The notes beneath the pieces are model-generated. The model did no database searches and was not told the origin of the DNA. It worked only from the letters and a program-made list of their open reading frames with translations. Positions 24,493 through 33,622 of a stretch of 50,659 nucleotides of DNA are shown in pieces. The translations under genes and the position numbers were made by a program. The DNA comes from Asterionella formosa. Its lineage: Eukaryota. Every line of letters starts with the position of its first letter. Position 1 is the first letter of the stretch. The stretch covers positions 1 to 50,659 of the forward strand of contig NKIB01013830.1 of the NCBI GenBank assembly GCA_002256025.1, in the 5' to 3' direction.

Positions 24493-25422
24493 ATGAAACT
24501 GTCCTCGGTACCACTCGTTTCCGCTCTTTCATTGACTCGTTTACCCACAACGTCGGCTACATTCGCACCAGGCTGGAATACCAAGAGCAGTAGATCGTCG
24601 ATACATCATCAACACTTCCTTCAATGGAAATCGGAGTTTTTGTTCACTCAAGTTATCAGCGACGTGGATGACACGTTGAAAAGTAGTGGAGGAGTCAATG
24701 TTGGTGGCGTTGCCCTGGGTGGAATTGACGTACAGTACGAGCGGGGCGAGTTTTATCCTGGTGTGGCACAATTCATGTTGGAACTCAGCATGCCAGACAA
24801 CACCAAGACCCCACCCAAGGTGGCCATTTTGACGGCGAGAGCAGAAGAATTCAAACTAGCGTTAGAACTCAAGGATTCTTCCAAACTGGCGATTGTGTTT
24901 AGACGTGCTGGAGAATCTGCGGGAATCCAGAATTGGGGATTGGGACCGGTCCTGTACGGGTCTGTTGCAGAATGGATTATTCAGGACAGGAAAGGACTGC
25001 GCAAATTCAATAACTTTGAACGACTACTGCAACAAGACCCATCAGGACGGGTTCTTCAATATATTTATGTGGGAGACACGGGAGAACTAGATCAACAAGC
25101 CGGTGAAACCATGCTGCGAGAATACCCAGACGTTGTCAAGGCCGTCTTTCTGCACGTTGTGTCCGATGCACCGAATCCACCGATTCCACCACCTAAACTT
25201 ATCAACGGCCGGCCCATACTCTTTTTCCGAACGTACGTTGGAGCAGCTGCCAAGGCGACTCAGCTGGGATTCATGAATGATGAGGCACTGGTTCGTGTTG
25301 TTCGAGCCGCGGAGTCTGACTTAGTCAAAGTGCCAAGAACAAATGACAAATGGGTTGATTTGGAACGAGATATCCAAGAAGCCTATCGAACTATAGGCGT
25401 TGATGATGATCAATCCCTGTAG
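24493..25422 (+). CDS. HAD-fold phosphatase, App1/phosphatidate-phosphatase-like, probably plastid-targeted
   Basis: VISDVDDT (DxDDT motif I), AILTAR (motif II), YVGDTGELD (motif IV). Signal-like N-terminus ending SAT-FAP resembles the diatom ASAFAP motif. Confidence 0.7.
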   Translation: MKLSSVPLVSALSLTRLPTTSATFAPGWNTKSSRSSIHHQHFLQWKSEFLFTQVISDVDDTLKSSGGVNVGGVALGGIDVQYERGEFYPGVAQFMLELSMPDNTKTPPKVAILTARAEEFKLALELKDSSKLAIVFRRAGESAGIQNWGLGPVLYGSVAEWIIQDRKGLRKFNNFERLLQQDPSGRVLQYIYVGDTGELDQQAGETMLREYPDVVKAVFLHVVSDAPNPPIPPPKLINGRPILFFRTYVGAAAKATQLGFMNDEALVRVVRAAESDLVKVPRTNDKWVDLERDIQEAYRTIGVDDDQSL

Positions 25423-25497
25423 CATAACTTATTCGCTAGTCCCAAGCGAGCATAAAACATATTAGCAGTAGCATTATTGACTTTACTTTGTCGCCCC

Positions 25498-26437
25498 TTA
25501 CGCCGATTTTGGACTGCTTTGCTTGTTAGCAATCAAACTCAGATAAATAGTCCAGACCAACGAGCAGCCATTGACAAAGAGAGGGATCCACTGAGGTTGA
25601 ATCATACTGTACGAGACCAAGTCAACAAGGGGCCAGAATCCAAGTCCAGCAATCCAAGCTCCCGGCAGGTCATTTTTAATCTTGGTGAACCACTGACCAA
25701 ACGAAAAGCTCCCCGACTGCAATAATGCTGTCGCGAAAAATACGCAAGTGAAGCAAGGTCCGAAAATAGCTTGACCCAGTGCAGCCTTTTGTAGCGTCGA
25801 CACCAAGGAGGTTCCAGGAAGAAGCTTGAAAATCATTCCATACCAAGCTAAGTGAAGAGTAAAAGAGTGAACATCAATTGAATTTAAGCACGAATTTCAC
25901 TCTCATAGCTGTCTATCGACACAACATACCATGAGCTGCTGGTCCAAAGTAAAGAAGACCCACAAGAGCAGATACAACCATACGAGTCTTGTTGATCTTC
26001 TTCTCCTCCCCATTAGCCGTCACTTCCCAACGCTGCGCCAAATAATCCGACAAGCAAAATATGAAACCAGCAGTCACACTCTTGGTGGCGATCGGACGCT
26101 TTTGAAGGGATGCTCCATAAGCAGCCCCAAGTGACGCTAATGTTGACGCCATGGGTGCAATCATGGCACCGACAGCAAACTTAGGACTTGGAGCGACGAT
26201 GGGTTCCAAAACTTTCGCAATCACTTCTGTATCTGCTTCTAATGTTGTTGACACGACGTCAACGTGTTGGGCGGGCGATTCGTCGTCGTTTTCCCCCCCT
26301 CCACGCAACAACCCCAAAACGATCGGCGTTGGGACGAGTAGGGAGCGTGTAGCAGCTCGAGATCCAGCAAAGGTCGAAAAAGCAAAGGAAGGGGAGCTGC
26401 AGAGTAGTGCTGATAGAGTAAGGAGGCGAGATTTCAT
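25498..26437 (-). CDS. Mpv17/PMP22 family membrane protein, ~285 aa; exons 26437-25930, 25847-25498
   Basis: RPIATKSVTAGFIFCLSDYLAQ, YFGPAAH/AWY, KAALGQAIFGP, FWPLVDLVSYSMI and FVNGCSLVWTIYLS. A GTATGT...TTAG 82-bp phase-1 intron restores the frame. Signal peptide ending SFA-F. Confidence 0.9.
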
Positions 26438-27018
26438 GGTTTGTTTACAAACTACCGGTATACACATACGATCCAAAAAGGAAGCAGGCACGTTTTGTAA
26501 AGTGTCAGAAGACATGCCAGTAAATTATTTCACAAGGATCTTTCTTCCATTTCTAGGTGCTGCCAGAGGCATTTTTTAGAAGCAATTTAGCTACCAGTAC
26601 CGGTACACGACATGATGTACACCGGTACCGGTACGGTAAATGAACAATACAGAAAGCAACGGGACACTGCCAGGAGTACGTAGCAGAGTACACCATGTCT
26701 GCTTTTTCTTGCACAGTAGCAAGCTTGATGATCATGAAGGAGTACCACTATAATCTACCAAATTTAAACAGTCAACTACCGGTATACTAGGTACGGCAAC
26801 CTACCTGGTACCTTCAGTTGCTGTGCCAAGTGCAGCATGCTTGTACAGCAATGAGCAGTGCCTCATTCACGCACTTTCTGAAAGTGCTTCAAAACGCAGA
26901 CTACGCTACCAGTAGTAGCGCTCTTTATTACACCAGAAATGAAAACAAAGACAAATGATCATCTTTGGGAAAACCTACAAATGGGTGTGAGTTGTACTAC
27001 ATACTCGTCTTATTCGCA

Positions 27019-30000
27019 TTAAGCAGTTGCGTAGAGAGCAAATGCCACTTGACTTCCAAATCCTGCTGCAAATCGCAGGGCATATTGACAGGCATACGGT
27101 CCTCCCTTGGAAATATTAAGTGTGCCCAAATACTCATCTGGTACCTGATAATTGGGAATAGGAGGTACACATTGTCGCATCAACACTTCTACCGCCGTCA
27201 CGTCTTCAAAGGAAACGCCCATGGGATGGCCTGTGAATCCTTTGGTATTCACAATAAGAAGCTTGGAAAGGAGTTCATCGCCAAAGGCAGATCGAAGCGC
27301 AGCAATTTCGTTGCCTGAGCAGCTGGATGCACTTGTGGCATGAGTGCATGTTTCGTGAGAAAAGTAGACTCCATGAGTCGCAATCTCAGCCTTGCTGATT
27401 CCGTGGACGAGCTCGACGTCTGTCAAGAAGCGAACAAGTTCAGAACCAATATGTTTCCGATCTAGAGCAGCTCCATGGAAGGCGGAATTGGAGTACTGAG
27501 TGGCCAATAAACGAGCCTTAACATCAAAAATTTGTGAGCTTTGACGTTCCATGCACGATTGCTCTGTTTCCAGAACCATACCAATAGCACCAGCGCCAAG
27601 CAACATTCCAGATCGACGCTTGTCAAATGGGCACGCCGCCAAGGCCACATCACCTTCAATGGAAGCAGCTCCAAGAGCGCGGAAACCAGCTCCAAGCCAC
27701 GGAAGAAGAGTATCACCAGACGCATTATCGCCTGCAACTACCACTACACGTTCAGCACGTCCTGAAATGAGCATATCCTGAGCCATGGCAATTGCTTGTG
27801 TAGTACCAGCGCATGCAGCATTGGTTTGAGTGTTGGGTCCGCGACATCCCGCCAACTGAGCCAGCTGAGCATTGCCCAAGACAAGGACACGAAACAAGAA
27901 TTTGCGGTCGAACGTATATGGACTGGTGACCTCGTGCTCTATATCCTTGGCACTGATTAATAAGCGAGCAAAAGCTGCCTCATCTTCATCTGATAGCGCT
28001 CCCTCTGGTGAATTTCGCAACACGCGAGATCGAAGGGCAGAAATCAATCTCATGGTATCAGCGGCACCCACCGTCTTACTTTGTAAAAACCGCATAACTT
28101 CACCGACAGCGGCATCCATTGCGGGAAATGAAGAAGCATATACAACACCAGTAGTGTCGCGATACTTCTCCGGGAGTTTCCAATCTTCTGGATTGTTTGT
28201 TATGCCACTGACAAGACCAGCGTTCTTCAGTGCCTCCATACCAGCTGCCACTGCCACTTGAGCTGCCACATCCATTGTCTCAGCCAATCCGCTTGGCACA
28301 CCATATGATGCTGTCAAGTCAATCTGTCCTAACTGTGCGGCCAACTTGATGGATGCGTCTTGAGTATCAACTGGCTCCTTTGTAGTCGATCCGTCATTGT
28401 TCTTCTTCAATTGCACCACATTTTTGTCCAACATAGCGGTCATTGTGGCTTCAGAAATGGCAGTTATGCATTGATCTCCTCGAATCAAACGTTCTAGGTT
28501 GCTTTCATCAAACACGTGTTTCCCTCCCGGTAATCCCGCCGCCGTTCCCGAAATGACACATGCAATTCTTCGGAGGGACTCGGTCGTAGCGTCCGTCCCG
28601 GTGGTCAAAACTTGCAGCTTGCCAGTGACTGGGATGGATACTGCGTCGAGTTTGGAATAGCGCAAAACAATGGGTGGTGCCAATGTGCTACCATGTGGCG
28701 CCATGGTAGCATCAAGCGGTACGCGACCGTAGGTACGTCTCCAGCTGGAATCAATACCTTGGAGGTAGTAGGTTCCAGGAAAGAGGCGACCAGTGGTGGG
28801 ATACACGGGAGAGTAGGGAGCGCCTGCTCGATGCATACGGGCCCTTGTTTCGAGCGCATGATCTAGCTCGGCTGGATGTACCAATTCGCGGGCGGCCAAA
28901 CGTTCCGATAATTTCAAGGCATTTACCATCTTGGCAATAGTGAATTCAGATTGAATGGGATCACGACTGTTGTTTGGTGTGAGTCATTGAAACATGAAGA
29001 CTTGCAGGAAATAAAAAAGAGTTATACAGTTTTTGACTCAACTTACACTTCAAGTCGGTACATGGTAGCCAGTGCCCCACTTCCGTAAGAGAAGACCACC
29101 ACGTTCTTGCCAGGCGTCAATTCCCCTCTTCCACCAGCACGGTCGACGAGACTCGCCAAACCCAAAAAAACGCTTGCTGTGTAGGTATTTCCCACCGCTT
29201 GCGATGCCGCATTTGAATCATGTAGGCATTTATTGTAGCTTTTCTGCGAGAGTTGTTGGAGTACCTTCTCTAATCCCTTGTCGGTGTAGGTGTCTTGCAG
29301 AGGCTTGGTAAGCCAGTCGCTGAGTGGATCATCGGCAGCTTCCTTCTTTTCTTCTTCCGTCTGGTTAAATGCCCTTTCTCTAGCATCCAAGAAGAACAGT
29401 CTAGCATATGATTTTTGCACTAACTTGTTATAAGGTGCATGGAAGACCATATAATCCGCCTGATCAGCCGTGAAGGGAGCATCCAACTTTCGCGTGAATC
29501 TTGTATACGTGTCTTCCAACGCTTGATAATAACACGTTTGACTCAAGGCTCCATCTACCACGGGATACTCCATCGATGGATCTGGCTTGAAAAAATCCCA
29601 CACATGACTTGCATGTGTTGCCCGTTCCTGCACCACCAACGGCGCATCCCTCCCCACCAAGATTGCCACTGCTCCGGCCCCACACGTGGGGCGAGCCGGT
29701 CCCCGCGCATAGGCGGCAATGTCCACTGCCACCACCAGAGCATAGCGGCCATCCCATCGTTCCGATTCCACCCAATGCAAGGCATTCAACAAGGCCGCTG
29801 TTCCGCCATAGCATGCGTTGACGACGGTTGCTCCTTCCATGTCCGAGTTCTCGGGAAATAGCTGCATGAGGACAGTCTTGGTTGATTTTGACTTGTCTAC
29901 CAACGTTTCCGTCCCCACTTGCAGGTGTCCCACGTCGTTGGGGTCAATATTGTAAGTCTCTAGTAGGTCATGCACGACGGTAAGGGCCAAGGAATTGACG

Positions 30001-30158
30001 TCTTCGTTGTCTCCGCAAACGGCCAAGCCGTGCTGACCCAAGCCAATGGTGAATTTGCCCGCTGGAACGCCTGAGTGCTCCTCTAGTTGGGATTGCAAGA
30101 TGTAGGTAGACGGCGTGTACACTTGCATAGCGAGGATTCCGACATTCTTTGATGTCAT
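27019..30158 (-). CDS. HMGS: HMG-CoA synthase fused to a C-terminal beta-ketoacyl synthase (KS) domain, ~1019 aa; exons 30158-29047, 28966-27019
   Basis: HMGS catalytic motifs GTETLVDKSKS (Glu), NACYGGTAAL (Cys), FHAPYNKLVQKS (His), GNTYTAS and FSYGSG. A GTAAGT...CTCAC...ACAG 80-bp intron joins the ORFs in frame. The HMGS C-terminal motif LFPGTYYLQGIDSSWRRTY lies in the same ORF as the KS motifs GPNTQTNAACAG, FSHETCT, TKGFTGHPMG and AAGFGSQ. Confidence 0.9.
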
Positions 30159-30502
30159 TGTGATGGCAAATGTTCTAGTTGTGTGCGTCTGAATGTGTAC
30201 CGCTTGGGCCTTGACAGCAACTGCAACAAGCACGACTTGAATTAGAACGTGGTTCGATGCTCACGAGACAGGAACCACCGACTATAAATTACAGATGAAC
30301 AAGTGAGTGGAAGGATGTGTTAGTGTCGATCCACGATAGCAGCAGTGGATGGTATAAAACGTCGACGTTGTGTAATGACAAGAAAAAGGAACCAATGCCG
30401 ATAGCATAAATACATACACAAAATAACCACATGCTAATGGTTCCTGGTCGTTTCACTGCATACCTGCACCTGCTGGATGCTGGTACCAGGTACCAGGTAC
30501 GA

Positions 30503-30587
30503 GCAAGTTGCGTTAATTGTGCTGAAGCTAAAGATTTAGCTGTCTTTATCACATTAAATTGTTTATTGCAAAATGACAGTAACATGC
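30503..30587. repeat. Family B ~85-90 bp inverted-repeat element, copy 1
   Basis: GCAAGTTGCGTTAATTGT...CTAAA..TTTAGCT.TCTTTAT...AATTGTT...AAATGACAGTAACATGC. Colinear with 45647-45736. Confidence 0.65.
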
Positions 30588-30736
30588 GGGCCATGCACCA
30601 GGTATGTGGCACACACACAAGAATGATAGAGACATGCGGTGATATACTTGTACGAATGAAACTGTATGTTCATCATGGCTTCCTCTAGTATGAAGATAAG
30701 ATCGTATCGCACATGACATACCCCTCCAGTGCAGTA

Positions 30737-30809
30737 GCAGAGGAAGGTCCCGTAATTGAGATACTACTTACCCTGGATTTTTAAGCCAAAACCGCCTTTT
30801 ACCGGACTT
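30737..30809. repeat. Family A inverted-repeat element, copy 3 (diverged)
   Basis: GCAGAGGAAGGTCCCGTAATTGAGATA...TTTTACCGGACTT. Confidence 0.6.
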
Positions 30810-31154
30810 GGGTGGTACCCTAGTAATCCGAGTACTGGTACCAAGAGGGAGGCTGGCTGTATATGGATACTAAAATCATACCACAGCACAGCCAGGTTGC
30901 GCGGCTATTCTTCGCCTGTCGCAAACTTATTTATGGTATAATGGACATATATGCCGGTATTAATGTAATCATTTGCATTCATCATCATTGAGTCCAAAAT
31001 CGATCATCCATACTACCAGTACCCTGGTACCAGGTAGTTATAATACGTTCGTGCTGTTCAACTCATTGCAATTCTGGTACGACGGTATTCACTTTGTCCA
31101 CAATCAACGTGATCTCCGACATTCGCAACCTCGGATCACGCACCTAGTTGTCCC

Positions 31155-31826
31155 ATGGTTTACTTCCTACCTTCGGCAGCGTTCGTAGTCATCACGTTGA
31201 TTGCCAACGTATCCGCCTTTTCTGTCATTTCATCATCATCGCCACAACGACCTCAATCGGTCTCACATTCATCGACTACCCACTTGGCCGCACTGTCTCG
31301 TCGGGACGCCTTGATATTTACCGCAACGGCGGCGTTCTTACCACTTACAATCCACGCATCGTACGCTGCCTCTACCAATACCGGCCCAACCGCTGCTGAT
31401 TTGGATCGCATCAAGGTTGGATATTCCCAAATCACCTACCTTCTGAACAATTTCGAACAAGAAACAACCACATGTCGCGAAAATGGAGGAGAATGCAAGC
31501 GAGATTCCAATGCCGTTCGCAAGGCCATGGGATTGCGATCCACGACCGATCCATTGTTTCAAATTGACAAAGTTTTTGATAAAGTCAAATATAAGGAGGA
31601 TATGGACCCTGACAAGTTGGATGCGTTCTTTGAAGCTGCGGAAGATTGGAACTCTTGCATGGCCATGAGCAACAGTATGGCGTTCATTAGTCAATTTGGG
31701 GAATACAATCCCGGTGGAGGAAAAGATGAGGTCCTTAAGTACTTGGAAGAGAGTCGTAAACAAGTGATTCTTGCGGAACAAGCGTTGAAGAGGATTATGG
31801 ATGCTCTAGAGATTTCACCCGCTTAA
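31155..31826 (+). CDS. Predicted thylakoid-lumen protein of unknown function
   Basis: Tripartite presequence: signal peptide ending VSA-F, Ser-rich transit peptide, twin-arginine SRRDAL plus hydrophobic stretch and ASYA cleavage site. Helical mature part. Confidence 0.8.
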   Translation: MVYFLPSAAFVVITLIANVSAFSVISSSSPQRPQSVSHSSTTHLAALSRRDALIFTATAAFLPLTIHASYAASTNTGPTAADLDRIKVGYSQITYLLNNFEQETTTCRENGGECKRDSNAVRKAMGLRSTTDPLFQIDKVFDKVKYKEDMDPDKLDAFFEAAEDWNSCMAMSNSMAFISQFGEYNPGGGKDEVLKYLEESRKQVILAEQALKRIMDALEISPA

Positions 31827-32900
31827 TGGTATCATTAGTGCGCTACATTTAAAATAATTTTGAGTATAGAGTGCGTACATAATGAATGCGCGCGCTATTG
31901 ATAAAATGCTACAACAATATATTTAACAAAACAATATTAATTATAACTTATGCTGTGCGCCAGCTTTTGTTTCGTCAGCAGTATCAAGTGTATGATCAAA
32001 CCACTGAGCATGACGAACGCAATTGTATAGCTAGGAGCAGTAGGGTCAGGCTTGGAAGCGACCCATGTCAACTTGACAACCAAAAAAAAGGAAAGGAGAC
32101 TTCCAATCGTCCTGGCACTGTAATGTTCATTAAGCAATGAGACAGCATCATTCTCTGTAATAGGGACAAGGTGGAGAAGCGAATGTGATATGTGAGCTTC
32201 AACAAGAATGGTACAGTCGTCGCTTTAGCAACACATGCGAGATTCCTTCATTCCAGTTCTACTTTGATGTAGTAGAGCAGCATGCAAACACACAAGTCTC
32301 AATATATTTATAAATGGTATCAGTCATGACGTTCGTGATCTCAAACTTTTTAAAGAATCACCGACTCACGTGTTGTTGTTGTTGAAATGAAGGAATACAA
32401 TATGAAACGGCCTCGGAGAATTGTGGTGTACTAGTCGTCAGTTGTGCAATGGGATTTGAGCCTTTCGGCCCAAATTTTGCATCAGAAGAGTCTAACGTGA
32501 TTACTTCATCGGCCTGCTGGGATCATTGACACGAAACTGTGCAACGACAAAACTTACCAAGGAAGCTTAAGTGCTGGCGGTGTCATTGCTATGGTTGAGA
32601 TGATGGAGTTTCACTTTAAGGACAAAGGCTCAACATGATAATAGCAAGACATAACATGGGTGAATTCTTGATTCGATCATGTGGTTGTCCTTGAAGGTCC
32701 ATCGTTCCCCATGATGAATAAAAACAAAAATAAAAATGGATGCAAACGTATTTCCGTAAAGAATAATACTGGTGGCTGATATGTGCTGCACCATTGGTTG
32801 TACTGGTACCAGCAATAGCTAAATAAATGTCTTTGTATGATGTACTACCTACCGGAATACCGGTACTCGGAGTAAACTTGCTACACCTGGTACCAGAGCG

Positions 32901-32970
32901 GGGAGGACGGAAATCGAGCAATTTAGCTTAGTCTTTTTATAAGGTAAAAACGTGTTTGACCGCAGCCATC
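32901..32970. repeat. Family A inverted-repeat element, copy 4 (diverged)
   Basis: GGAGGACGGAAATCGAGCAATTTAGC...AAAACGTGTTTGACCG. Internal motifs are kept while the terminal repeats are eroded. Confidence 0.55.
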
Positions 32971-33121
32971 AGTTGGAGGGAACGTTGCCGAACTGGCAAC
33001 TGGTGCATTGTCACACAACCGGTATATAACGGTATTAAAAACACTTTTCTTGATAGTAGAAATCAATGATTTTCTATTTCTCAAGCTCTGTCTAGAAAGT
33101 ATCTTGAGGTTCATAACCTTA

Positions 33122-33622
33122 GGGCTGATAAAATATCAAAATTTTCTGATAAAAGCAAGTTCTGATAAACAAACCCAGGGATACTATGACATCAAATAGT
33201 ATCCAAGTATATTTTTTCAGATACACAAACATCATGCAATCCATTCACCTCTCAGATCAAAACAGCTATAAATACGATTTCCTTTATTTTCATTAAGATT
33301 GTTGATACCCAGAATTTTTGAAATGGAGGCAATCAAAACCATTTGACATTTACGAAGCATTTTATTGCTGCTGCTGTATATATCTGCCATACATCACAGA
33401 ATACTGTTGGACACCAGTTGGGAGCAAAAAACCAAATGTCCAATTAATGCAGGAAATTACCACAAACGCCATGCTGGGGAATTCACGGATTATCGACAAA
33501 TTATTGATAAACACAGGCGCTCTAAGGGAACCAACAGGCAATTGTGATAAAAGATCTTATGTCATAACTTGCTTGTTTAATCAGAAAGTACCTTATCAAA
33601 AACTCTTATTTTTTATCAGCTC
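33122..33622. mobile_element. Degenerate Tourist-like MITE (~500 bp)
   Basis: Left end TTA|GGGCTGATAAAATATCAAAATTTTCTGATAA versus reverse complement of right end GAGCTGATAAAAAATAAGAGTTTTTGATAA. Further matches (TTCTGAT-AAACAA, TATGACAT) extend ~80 bp. Target duplication not intact. Confidence 0.55.

Noticed and set aside
27019..28929. Independent 636-aa KS gene separate from a 396-aa HMGS
   Set aside because: The first ~70 aa of this ORF are the HMGS C-terminus, and a canonical 80-bp intron joins the ORFs in frame.
31937..32590. Small multi-exon membrane protein gene on the minus strand
   Set aside because: Splice-like signals are present but I could not build a consistent open reading frame from a start codon.
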